In this document: in pieces, positions 28,665-41,340 of the stretch
How the letters are laid out: the number at the start of each line of letters is the position of its first letter
Numbering within the stretch: the first letter of the stretch is position 1
NCBI GenBank assembly: GCA_964035545.1
Contig: OZ037773.1
Location: 10,073,751-10,137,750, forward strand
Origin: Bugula neritina
Taxonomy: Eukaryota > Animalia > Bryozoa
DNA: 64,000 nucleotides
Direction of reading: 5' to 3'
The notes under the pieces: generated by a model
What the model was told of the DNA's origin: nothing
The model's input: the letters and a program-made list of their open reading frames with translations, nothing else
Database searches by the model: none
Program-made: the position numbers and the translations under genes

Positions 28665-30827
28665 CTAGCCGCCATAACTTATACCCCAGGGAATTGTGTT
28701 GTCAGAAACAACTCTAGACTCTTTGCTCCTGCCATAGCAGTTTCTCCCTCCACAACTTGGGTGAGGGTAGCTGCAAGACCTGGTTCTGGTTTGTTTCTCA
28801 TTTCTGTGGCTAACAGCATACACCCTTGTCCAGTGAGACCACTGTCCCCACATACCATCAACTAGTAAAATTGTTCAGATTATATAATGGAACAGAACCT
28901 TGATGTTCTTTCTAACTAGAACTTATTTCTATTTAGTGAACTTAGAGTATGCTTTAAGCTGTATAAAACTAATAGCTGAAATGAATCAAATATATAAACG
29001 CATAATTTTTTTAACAATAAAAATCTTTCAAGTTTTCAAAGTGTTTTTGGTATTTAGGACTATATAGTAGAAAATTAACAACAAAACTATCATATTGATA
29101 GATAAATCTACTTCTAGTTTACTCAGTTTCATTAGCCAATTATATAATGCAATTCTCATTATAACTATATTAATGATAATATCATAAGAATATGTTTAAA
29201 ACTGGTCTGTAAAGTAGGCTATCTGAAAGAGGTATAGAGGTATAGAGAGCTTACCAGGACAGCATTGTGTGTTGCATCTTCTTTTCCTGTAGCTGCTGCC
29301 AGTGCAGTGGTTTACTGTTCCACTGTGATGGCCATAAATAGTCTTAGTCATGCAGGTTCTGTATCTTCTCTGTCCTCCACCACCACATGTCACACTACAT
29401 GCTCCCCACTCTCCCCACGGAGACCATACCTTCTTCACTACAAGATGATATACAGCTACTGTGCAAAATACACTTTCTAGAAAGCAATAGCCCCTTTTCA
29501 AAGGTCCCAATATTCCCTTTGGAAGTGGAAATTGTGTCCTCCCAAAGTGAGTAGTTGAACCTTTGTAATATAAAGAGCTATAACTCATTAAAAATTTAAA
29601 GTTTTGCCGTTACTTAAAATTCTAATCATGCTATAGAATTGTTCTTTTAGGAGAAATTTCTTTTGGTATATTTAGCACACATTGGCAGTTCAAAAAATTT
29701 TTTAAAAGTATTTCTTTATGGAAAAATTTAAAGTTAATAAGCCTGAAAACATTTTTGTGGCTTTGGTTGCTGAGCAAAGCTAAAATGGCACTTCAGCATT
29801 GCTCAGCAAGCAAATTGAGTTCTGGTTTGTTTTGTTCAACAATTTTCATTTTAGGAGGACACAACTCTTAATTGTCAGGGAACATTGGGACCTCTGAAAA
29901 TGCTAATAAATCCGCATTGTTACAGATGTACTATATTCTGTGAATTGCAGCACAATTTGTTTAAAATAAAAGAATATGTTTCGAGGCCAAAGATATTTTT
30001 ACTACAGAAAAATATATTTTCACAAGTTATATGCATTGATTATTTAGAAAATGAGAAGAATAGTCTTGACGTAAAAAGAAATAAAAATAAAAAAATCTGG
30101 GAGACCTACCGATGCGATGATGCAATCCATGACCTGGTTGCCAGGGTGTGTAACTGGCAACTGGAACACCTTAAATAAGACGCAATAACTGAGCAATCAC
30201 ACAGTATATACATTTTCCAATATTATTGATTATACAATATGCCAGACAAAAATAACAATAAAAACGAGCAAATTTTTATTTTATATGGGTAAAAATTGAA
30301 AATCATGCTACCTCAAACTAGAACTTTAAAAAAAATAAAAATTTTATTGAGAATAAAATACTATAGGTCTGTGGCAGATATATAGAAATTGAAAAAAGTG
30401 ACAAAAAGTTAGGAAAATCAAAGCGTTGATCGAAGATAATAATAATAAACTGCAAAAAATGATATTTTAAACATGTTAATATTTACATAAAATCTTAACT
30501 TACATAAAATAGCTGTCAGTCCAAGAAAGATCAACAGTCTGCAATCTGAAACAAAAGATACAAAATTTGTTGTGCATGAAAACATACAAAAATTTATAAT
30601 GAGACATTATATTGAAGTAGTATAGAAAATTAATGCACCAAAAAACTTAAATGATAGTGCTATAAATTAAAATGTTTTGTATTAAATAATCCGGTCAATG
30701 CGTAATGGTTTATCGCTGAAACTCTTTGCTGAGTTTACTGATAACATGAACTTAATAATTTATATTATTTGGATTGACAACTGTAAGAGTTTATGTAGGA
30801 TTTTATCCAAAAGATAGACTCACCCAT
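28665..30827 (-). CDS. Small secreted two-TSR protein, subfamily A copy A1, about 161 aa
   Basis: Exons 30827-30824, 30545-30504, 30169-30110, 29437-29255 (WSPWGEWGACSVTCGGG..CNTQCCP), 28861-28665 (VDGMWGQWSHW..RTRSCSYPHPSCGGRNCYG..SYGG*). All introns are phase 1 GT-AG. TATA at about 30881-30890. Confidence 0.9.
29488..29905. mobile_element. MITE-like insertion in A1 intron 3
   Basis: Long imperfect TIRs TTTTCAAAGGTCCCAATATTCCC..TGTGTCCTCC / GGAGGACACA..GGGAACATTGGGACCTCTGAAAA. Absent from the equivalent A0 intron. TSD is ambiguous. Confidence 0.7.
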
Positions 30828-31577
30828 GTTGTTGTTTGAACAGAGAGTTATCCAGTTTGATAAATCAATGTTTTCTTTCATTTATATATAGCCAGGTCTT
30901 TTAAAAAACAGGACATTTCTAACTTGTCATTAATCACTGTGTTTGGAACAGTTTTAGCTGAATATGCTATTAAAATTTATTTAAAATAAATCATTACCAT
31001 TTCCACAGGTTAATACAGTATTAGCCAAATGCAAACTCAACTATAGCCATATCAATTTTTTGAGTCAACCAAGAATATTCAATAGCTTCCATGCAGGATC
31101 AAGTTAATACCGTTGCGATCAGCTTAAACTTGTTTCCAATTTGACATGTGAACTCTGCAAGGCATAATATTATGAAAATTTATACCTGCATACCTCCAGT
31201 CTATACAAATGCTTACTTTAAATCTACCAATAATCTCAAAAAAAATATATACGACTTGCAACTTTTGCTTTAATCACGTGGCCACTACAATGTGAAATCA
31301 TTACATATTGTTTACTGTATATGTTCTTATATATAGCTGTCTATACAGTAACTACAAAACTAAACATAATAACTCAAGCTACCCTAACACTTACAAATTG
31401 CTGCATCCCATGTTAGAAACATTCAGTCTATTATTGTTGAACATGAATATTATATACTGGTATGTTTTTCAGTAAACTCTCAACATTTAAAGAGATAGGA
31501 AAACTTAATATAACAAAAAGACTACTTAGGAACGCATTCTAAGCTCCAAAAAGACATATACCCAACTTTAAATAAAA

Positions 31578-31800
31578 AAACTCAAGCAAGTTTATAGTCT
31601 CCATCCCTGTGAGAAACTCCTGATGAAAAGGGTTTTTGTTAAATCAGGCTGAGGATTATTTAAATAAAGCACAGGAGCAATTATGACTGGATGCTCTTCC
31701 TAACATCACCAATGGCCTTTGTCCCAAACCCCAAATCCCAAACACTCGTGCTTCGTGTTTACTAGGCAAATGCTCTAACTCCTAGATCGCAGCTGCTCCC
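31578..31800 (-). mobile_element. tRNA-derived SINE, same family, B box replaced
   Basis: Colinear with 2314-2525 and flanked by TACC(C/T)AACTTTAAATA duplicates. The paralogous site at about 27200 is empty. Confidence 0.88.
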
Positions 31801-34800
31801 TTTACCTAACTTTAAATATGAGAGTAAAACTTTCAAATGATATGAAAATGCAAAATATAAAAATTTTATATAAGACAATATACGTAGATAAATCGAATCT
31901 CTGATGATCACTTGTATGAATGTTACACAAACAAATGAGAAAAACAAAAACTGAATCACAGTATAAGTAAATGTTATCAGTTTCTCTCACATTAATACAG
32001 TTAAGATCACAAGATATATACTCAAGATGGTAGCGTAGTTTATATATAGGACTCACTTGTGATTAGAAAAGGTATTTATGTCAAACCAAACTGCTTTTCT
32101 TTTCAAAAACCATGTGATAATTTTGATAAATACATTTTACAGTTGTGTAGGTTACATTTGATAGGTCTATGCCAATTCTTTTTATAAGTTTATCTAAATT
32201 CAACTCCTAATAAATATTATTTATGCTCTAAACCTGGCAATTCTTAACATTTCATGACTTGGCACATTTTTTAAATGCTGGCATCAACCTTTGTGGTTGT
32301 ATAATTGCAAATAATATAATTTATAACCTCTATGACCTAAATTAACTTATGATAGACTTTAAAGTGTTAAAGTGACATTCTCATCCGCACAGATAAGTAA
32401 AGCAATTAAACATTATATCAGTTTACTTTAATACTATAATGGTAAATCAGTCACTTTCACAATTTAAAATTTAGACTGGGTCATTCTGCTAAATTAGCTA
32501 TGGCAACTCCTAAATTTCTGTAACTGAAATTCAAATATTATATTGCTACTATTGTAGTAACTTGGTGGGTTGAATGAAACTTATAAAGTGCTGAACATAT
32601 CTCTTTGTAAGAGAGAACAAGATGGAGGGTATTCTTCAGTAGTAGCAATCTTATTTATAGCATAAAGTAGTGGTCTTCAACAGGCGAGTTTCAGTGGTAG
32701 ACTGAACTACACTGGAACTTGCTTGCTTTTATATACACAAGATGAAAGAATACGTAAACAAAAGGATCTTTTTGTTGCCCGAAATTGGAGTTCCGAAATG
32801 CTGAATTCAAGCAACAACATTTAGTATAAGAAAATTATTAAATAACTTCAAATGCGTATTCAGTGCAATTACATTATGGCTGAAAGCTTTAACAACAATC
32901 ACAATACTTAGGCATTAGAAAGCTACCTTACTTAGTTAAAGTATTCAAAACGATAAACAACAATTAATAATTATAATACTGACCCAAGCAGTTACTAGAA
33001 CTTTCCAGAACAATAGGGGGTGAAAATCCATTACGCTATTTTGCTCGCAGAATAGTTTTCTTTGAAACTTTATAGAAAAGCTTATTTCATGCATACTGTG
33101 AATCAAAAGAAAATGCAACAATAAATTTTCCTAATTTCACTTTAGGCATTTCTATGATTACTTTGATAATATGTTTTAACACCAAAAACTGAATAATAAT
33201 TATTTGTTTTATAAGATCTGATGACTGTTAGGTTTTACTGTAGAGTTTCACTCTACTCTAGAGTAAGGTGAGGTTTCACTATTGAGTATATTGTGTGTCA
33301 CTGTGTTGCATGGAGTGGTTCACTGGTTCTCTGTTTACTTATCTTATATATACGGTGAAACCTAAATTAACATGAATTATACTAATACAGAAACAAAATA
33401 CAAACAAAGCAATAAAATTAGGTGGTGTAAAACAACTATGGTGGAATACAAAAATGAAATAAGCTTGTTAGGCAACTTTACTTTCTTCAGTTTATATTAA
33501 ACATCTTACTGCTAAAGAAAATTTTGTAATGTTGTTACAGTAAGGTATGTTTATGATTCTTAAAAAGTCTATATATATATGAAGAAAAAAATCAAAATAA
33601 GTCTTAAGTAGACACAAAACAGCATATAGATATTATCAGCAACCATCACAAATGTAAACTGGAGGTTGAATGCAAATGAAACGACCTGATAATTTTTTGT
33701 TAGCAACTTTTGTTTGTGAATCAGTATTGAGTTAGTTTATAGCCAATTTTTCGATATAATTTTTTTTCAAGTTTCTGGCTTAAGCTATCAATTGATTATT
33801 GGAATATTTTTATGACCAGGTGATTTAGATTCACGTTTTTAAAAAGCATTGTCAATTGAAATTGTGACACAGTAGGATTTTGATTCTGTAATCTAAAAAT
33901 AGGCTCTATATAGACTTGCATTAGAAATATTATTAATTTTTACTAATAAAAATCCATAAATTTGTTGCAGAGAAAGTATATTATAACTATTGTTTATTTA
34001 ACTATTGTCAGAGTTTTTGCTGACTTTTCCATATATGCACAGTTTATATCTGAGTCATTTCATTTACCATTAGAAAATTTTTCTTTGTCATTTATCATAC
34101 CTTGCTTTATTAAGGAAAAATCTGATAATTTCGATATGTATTCTCAGTTTAAATTTGCCGTTTTAGATAGTAATATTTCAAGAAACTTAAATTAATTCTT
34201 TTACAAGCTTGTCTAGATTTAAAATATACATGATCAATATCAATTGGGTCACTTTACATTATTTATACTACACACTGCATGGTAAGTTATGGCAAAAAAG
34301 TAAAATTGCTTTAAAATTATTTAATGTCTGATATTTGTGGTATTTTCAAGTGCTGGTTCCAAATATGTATCAAAGGAAAGGCTAAGGAAAAGGTCGGCCT
34401 TTATTTTTGCCAGAAACTCTGCTGTATCGAATGCCCTTAAACTGAACAAAACTGGATATGCTTAAACTCTATACTCATAGAATTGATCAGCACATTCTTT
34501 AAATGCTGGCATACATTTTTTGCAGTTGTATAATTTCAAATATCCAATAAATCATTTATATGATTTTGTGACCTAAAAATTTTTTTAATAAAGTTCAAAT
34601 TGTCAAAGCTTTACCGGTTATAGTGAAACAGAGCAGATAATTTCGCAAAGATGTGACTTGTTAATCACTCTAACAACATATTGTAACAGATACAGACTTT
34701 TGGCTACTGCTTTATTTAAATTAATTTCATGCTTTGGATTAAAAATAAAGATATTTCAAATTAGATTTATAGGTTCATATTTGATAGCAATCATATTAGT

Positions 34801-36040
34801 TAAAAACTGTTTTTTCTTTTATTTGCATTCAAAATGCTCTGTAAAAAAACAATCACTACTAAAAAGTTATGTGCCTCCTTATAGCATAAAGAAAACATAA
34901 TTCAACAAATCATGTAATTTCACTGTTGACCTCTATGTAACCCATTCACAGTAATGATAAAATTATTATTTTAATAGTTTTCTATTATCATTGATGCCTA
35001 ATGATAAAAGAGCAATGAGTGAACAATGAGAACTTTACTATTTATAGCTATAATAGTGATATAATATTTCCCGTGTGTTTATAATATTATTTGTTACCAA
35101 ACTAAACCGACCAAAAGATCTATGTGTAGCTCAGGGCCATCGTTTCAGTAGCTGTCATAATGTACATTACAGCCCACTAAAATTAATTATGAGATCACAG
35201 AAACTGGAGTTGTCTTACATTTGTTGATAATTTGCAGCTGTGAACATTACGTGATATATCCACAGTGTTTAGCTTCAACCTCTCCAGGTATTAAACTATT
35301 TGTATATGATATTCTCAAAGTGATTTTTAACATAATTATTGGCAAGTTCACTCTGAATTTTTAGCAATGTTTATCGATATTCCTTAAAATTATGTCAAAA
35401 ATATTGAAAAATTATTTATATCTATTTGGTTTATATATAATGTCTCCATTATAGCCACAGTCTAGCTGCAGCAATGTACAAATTTTCAAAACTTACTATT
35501 TCAAGGTTGTAAACCTGTTCAAGTACAAAATCTTGAAAACATGACCCTTAGAGGACTGGCTGTAAGTGAATACGCATGTAAAATATACTCTTCAAGACAG
35601 TTTCAAATTGTTATAACTTATATTTATATGAAATGTGCAAAATTGAAAATAAGTTTGAGTTTCTTTATTCCTGTTTTTCAGAAAACAACTCAGTTATGCT
35701 AAGAACTTTAGGTTCTAGATGATTCGACACTGATGATGCCAGAATTCTGTAAATGCATGCTGCCAAGAAAACATGTTGTTATTTGAAACTCATTTCGATA
35801 TTTTTGAAAAAAATTAGATAAGCATAAATAAAGTCAACTATGGTATTGTTGAGTTACTTAACGTACTTTAGTTAAAATTAAGGAAAACTGATATTCATGG
35901 TGTTATCTTATAATTATAATTGCAATATATCCATTTCAGTCACATCAAGATCATAAGGCAAATGGCAGACCACAGTTGACTATTTGGTTTTGTGACAACT
36001 AAATGGCAGTCATACTAAATTGAATTCCCAACTAGCCGTC

Positions 36041-38344
36041 CTAACTATCCCAAGGGGTTGTGCCGTGAGGAACAACTCTGGACTCTTTGCTCTTGCCATA
36101 GCAGTTCCTCCCTCCACAACTTGGGTGAGGGTAACTGCAAGACCTGGTTCTGGTTTGTTTCTCAAGCCTTTTGTTGACAGCATACACCCTTGTCCAGTGA
36201 GACCACTGTTCCCACATACCATCAACTAGAAAAATTGTTTAGATCATATAATGGCACCTAACACTGATGTTCTTTCTAATTAGATATTATTTCTATTTAG
36301 TGAACTTACCCCCTGTTCACACATTGCCGTATTGTAAACCGTAACAGAACAAACAAAATGACGCCGCTGTTACGTTTTGTCAACAGGCGTTCACACATTG
36401 ACGAAAAGTACAGTGCATGACGTTGAGCTGTGACCAATCATAATGAGGCTAATTTTTGTCTGTAGTGATTTGTACGGCTTTGAATATTATTCACAAATTT
36501 GTCACATCATTTTTGTGAAAAGATGTTATATGAATGCTATTGACTAGATAAAAGCAATTAATTTAAATATATTTGTTTTTAAAATAACTGTGCAAAATAA
36601 TTTGAATAATAAATATTTAAGCCATTTAAATAATGTTTAAGTTTTTGGTTTGTGTACTTTTGTGATTCGGAAAAGATGAATTTTAAGCTGAGTTTAATTT
36701 GAACATTTTTTTAATCCTTTAAAACTCTTGAATTGGTTAAATTAAATCAAAAATAAGCGATTAAACTAAACTAGCAAAAATGTTCTTTAAATTTTAGTAC
36801 CAAATCAACTCTACCCAATGGAAGCCTGCTGTAATTTTTTGAATTAAGCACTATTTGACCAACGCCGTAGCGTATACCGGGGTACAATTCAGCCGGATGT
36901 TACCAAATATGGCGGACATTTGCTGTTACTGCGTACTGTACAGCAATGTGTGAAAGAGGGTTATAGACTAAGTTTTGCTGTATAAAACTACAAGTTAAAA
37001 TGATGCAAATTAATTGCATACATTTTTTAACAATTAAAATCGTTCCAGTTTTTAAAGTGTTTTTGGTACTTAGGGCAAGTAGAAAATTAACAACAAAACT
37101 GTCATTTTGATAAGTAAATCTACTTCTAGTATACTCAGTTTCATTAGCCAATTATATAATGCCTAATGTCATTATAACTATGATAATATTAATATTATAA
37201 GAATATGTTCAAAACAGGTCTATAAAGTGGGCTATCTGGAAGAGGTATAGAGGTATAGAGAGCTTACCAGGACAGCATTGTGTGTTACATCTTCTTTTTC
37301 CGTAGCTGCTGCCAGTGCAGTGGTTTACTGTGCCACTGTGATGACCATAAATATTCTTAGTCATGCAGGTTCTGTATCTTCTCTGTCCTCCACCACCACA
37401 TGTCACACTACATGCTCCCCACTCTCCCCACTCTCCCCAAAGGGACCAATTTTCATCAGCTAAAAATATTGATAAATTTTGTAGCTTTTCTTTTAAAATA
37501 TAGACGTTTCTTTATAAAATGAATGATTTGAAGTATACATGTACTATTTATAAATCACTTTGAATAAAAGCAATATTTGTTGTTGATGTTGTTTTTAAAC
37601 TCTAACTGTGTTGATCAAATCATATAGATAACTGTTGTAGGACTTACTTGCTCGATACACAGGTAGGTTATAGGCACCTGAAAGTAGCAATAATATAGAA
37701 TATTAGAATCATATTGGTTCAAATCACTCTTAATATAGTCAAAAGTGGAATTCTCTACTTTTTCTATCAATGCACAGACACGCGTAAAACAAGTCATTTT
37801 GCTTTGTCATGTGGGAATTGATATATACTGATTGTTAAAAGTATTGTATTTTATGAAAAATAGTCACAACGGTGTAAACTTTCTACTAGAAAAATTACCA
37901 ATTCTCATATTTATGTATATATTATTAGTAATCAAAAATCAAAATTTTTTTTTTATTAGCAACTTTATATCAACTTGTAGACAATTTTATTTTAAACATA
38001 ATTTGTAATCGAAGCGGAATAATTTAAGTAAAAAGATTAAATGTAAGTTACTCACTGCAGAATACGACTGCAAGTCCAAACAAGATTATTAGTCTGCAAT
38101 CTGAAATCAGAAACATTAGTTTATGTAATCATTTAGAAATAAAACTAGCTTTAGCCAACAAATTAATAAATTCATATGTATTGTTTAGTAGCTGACAATT
38201 TCATTTTTATTCAAGAGAGTGGAAATTATATAAGTATTAAAACATTTGTTATCTGTTTTAGAAAAAAAATAATAAATCTTAAATTGAAAATATTTAAATA
38301 AAGCATACATTTTATTTGTAATATATGTAAAAAAACTCACCAAT
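36041..38344 (-). pseudogene. Chimeric two-TSR gene A2; reading frame open but start codon reads ATT
   Basis: Exons 38344-38341 (ATT+G), 38100-38056 (DCRLIILFGLAVVFC), 37677-37648 (SAYNLPVYRA), 37459-37268 (TDENWSLWGEWGEWGACSVTC..CCP), 36225-36041 (..PHGTTPWDS*). TATAAAA at about 38396-38402, and no ATG in exon 1. Confidence 0.7.
36309..36960. mobile_element. Harbinger-like non-autonomous element in A2 intron 4
   Basis: TIRs CCCCCTGTTCACACATTGC / GCAATGTGTGAAAGAGGG, TTA TSD at 36306-36308 and 36961-36963. The paralogous A1 intron (about 28940) has a single TTA empty site. Confidence 0.88.
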
Positions 38345-38817
38345 GATGCTCAGGTTTCTGGTGTGGAATGACTACTTGTCAGAGAGTTATCCCACTTTTA
38401 TAGTTTTTATTAGCCGTTTTGCATGCATTACAAATAATGCAATATAGTTAGGGTTAATAACCTTTCATGTTGAGTAATTCTTGTCCGGAATAACAAGCTC
38501 CCAAAATAGAAACCCGTAGACACATTAGGTTGTCGTATAAATATAGGATTTAAGAACATATGCACCATAGCAAGCTGGGCAAGATGAAACATGCCACGTA
38601 CTGATTTATTGAACAAAATTTATATGATTATGCAAAATCCATATATGTACCTAAAATATATTTAGCAAACATTGGTAATCAACACGAATTTGTAATTAAC
38701 ACACTAACAATTATATCTTTGTAATCAAACTTCACCTTTATCTTATATAGTTTGAAGTTTTCACAAAGAAAAGACTAGCAACTTAAATGCACACAGTCAC
38801 TTCAACAGATGTATGGT

Positions 38818-41340
38818 AACGCAGCCTGAGGGATGTGTACAACCTGCATGGATAAAGACAGAGAGCTCTGGGATATGAATAGCATCTGGCCAAAAATTAT
38901 GCCACAAACTATTATAGTTTATGGCAAGCTGCATATTTAAGAAGATATAAGACACACAATGTTCTAGTCAAAGGGCTATAATGTCCTAAGAAAGTGACCT
39001 TCAAAATTATATAGGTCGTTTTCCCAAAGTGTTTGCCTCAACTTGTTAAGTCATTTGTAAATCAATCATGCCAAAATTTATATCAAATCATTATATATGT
39101 ATTAATTTGCATGGCTAAGCAACTTAAATGTAAAAATTGACTTATTGGCATATGTGTTCATAGACTCTCTATCTCCTATAATTTATGAATTATTAAGAAC
39201 TTTTTTGATTTTTCGATGTGATATAGTTAGCATGAGTAAGCAGAAATTTTACAAAAACATTGTGAAATTGGGAAACCATTTATTTTAATAATAGCTTCAT
39301 GAAAAAATGTGATTTTTGATGTTATCTATTGACCTCTAATTACCCTAGACTCTAGAGCCTAAAATTGCACTATTCATAAAACTATTACATGATTATAGAG
39401 AATTAAAAAAATTAAATACTTTTATATATAAATACTTTATTTTTAAAATTTAATTTTAATCATTGAGCTTAAAAACATATATTAAATGTAACTTGAGAAT
39501 ATAGTTTGAATATGTTAACTTCTTTGTACTTAGCAGCACACAGCACACACAGTACACTTGCATGTCTGTTGTATTTAATAATCTAATCACAAGTGGTTCT
39601 TTAGATCAATATTATATTGCATTAACTTTATTCATTGTGAGAGCTGTTTGTGTTGAGTTTTGTCTCATTAACTTGACTATCTCCCAGTTTGTTTGAGTTC
39701 AGTTGCATGTTTCTTTTTTATTTTTTTTTAAATGACTGATACATATTTGCATGTTTTTTTGTGTATTTTTTCTCAATATGAAATTAATGTAGAGGTATGA
39801 ATTGCTCATGTTTTATTACAGAAAAAAATTTAAACAAGTTTTAACAAAAAGTGAAATGAAAACATCATATCAAGTAAGTTAGGCAATTAAAAAGCAACAA
39901 TTTGTAAAATTACACCATGTAACTAGCAGTAACTGAACATTACATCAAGCATCAAACTAAATTGTTTAGCACTTATAATTGCAAACAAATGAACAGGGTA
40001 TAGCAGGTGGCTTAGTATCCCCATGATTTTGGAGCAAGGGTTGGAGGTGGAGAGTAGGCGGCCCGTGTTTGATGCCCGGATCCATAGCAGGATCTACCGC
40101 CACAACTAGGTGCTGGATGGTTGCAGTATCTGGTGCGGCTTTGTTGACGGTAACCATAGTGACTGCCATGAGAGTTTGACCAATGAGTCCATTGCCCCCA
40201 GTTCCCATTCACTACAGAAATATATATAAATAGTTTCTGCAAAGTTGTGTCCACATAGTTTAGGGGAAATGTCATCTGGATATTAATTAGCTTCAGTGCA
40301 TTCCTGTTGGTAACTAAGCAACCAGCTGCACAACAAATAATTTCCTGCTGTACTCTCTACCAGGCAATTAAATAGTCATATATCAACACATTATGCTAAG
40401 TATATGCAGATTTCATATACAAATGGAATTAGTGTGTCTTTATTTTTGCATTGGTTACCTGGACAGCAATGTGTGTTGCATCTCCTCTTGCGGGAAGTTC
40501 TACCTCCTCGACAAGAGTCTACGTCATGACTATATCCGTAGACAGTCCTACTACTGCACGTTCTGTAGATTCTCTGCTCACCCCCTCCACATGCCCTACT
40601 GCAGCTGCTCCAGCTGCTCCAGGCACTCCAACTTCTTTCAACTGCAATAAAACCAATTGTTTTGTTAATCGATAAGTGTATTTGTTTACTATAGTTTAAT
40701 GCATGGGGGTAAACATTGGTTAGCTTATGAATAGTATTCGGAAAACTGTGTTAAAGCAGTTGCTTTTTATTAGACCAGCTTTATTTTGTATATTAAGTAT
40801 ATTATTCCTATTTAGTTATCGTCATCATGTCGACATTAGAAATGCCTTTGCTTACAAAGCAGTGCTACCATAATTATTTTAGTAATCCTAACAACTCATG
40901 TTTGGAATTCAATTTAGCACAATATGGATGTACACAAATCATGTTATCTGTCCACTAACTTCTATTACACGAACATGTTTTCATAATATAAACTGTGTTC
41001 TGTACAAACTTACCATAAGAATGGTGAGGGGGTGGTGCGGTTGGTTGGGGATAGTGAGGACGCCATGGTGCATAACCTGAGGCTAAACCTAAAATAGTAA
41101 ATATACTAGCATGGCACAGTGTTCATAATGCAAATATATAATGATTCTTAAACTAAAATAAAAGAAAAACAGTCTTTAATTAAACAGCATGTGTTTTTAG
41201 CTTTCCTAATATGTGTAATAGAAGCCAAGAATAGTGCTTTGCAATTACTTAAAGTTAATATTTTTTTCTAATACATTAAAACATGGCAAACGGCCTAAAT
41301 AATACTTCATAATATTATTTTAGGGAGCAAAACGCTGCTT
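38818..41340 (+). repeat. Segmental duplication, direct copy of about 54196-56710 (subfamily B block)
   Basis: Colinear, high identity from AACGCAGCCTGAGGGA to GGGAGCAAAACGCTGCTT. Confidence 0.9.
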
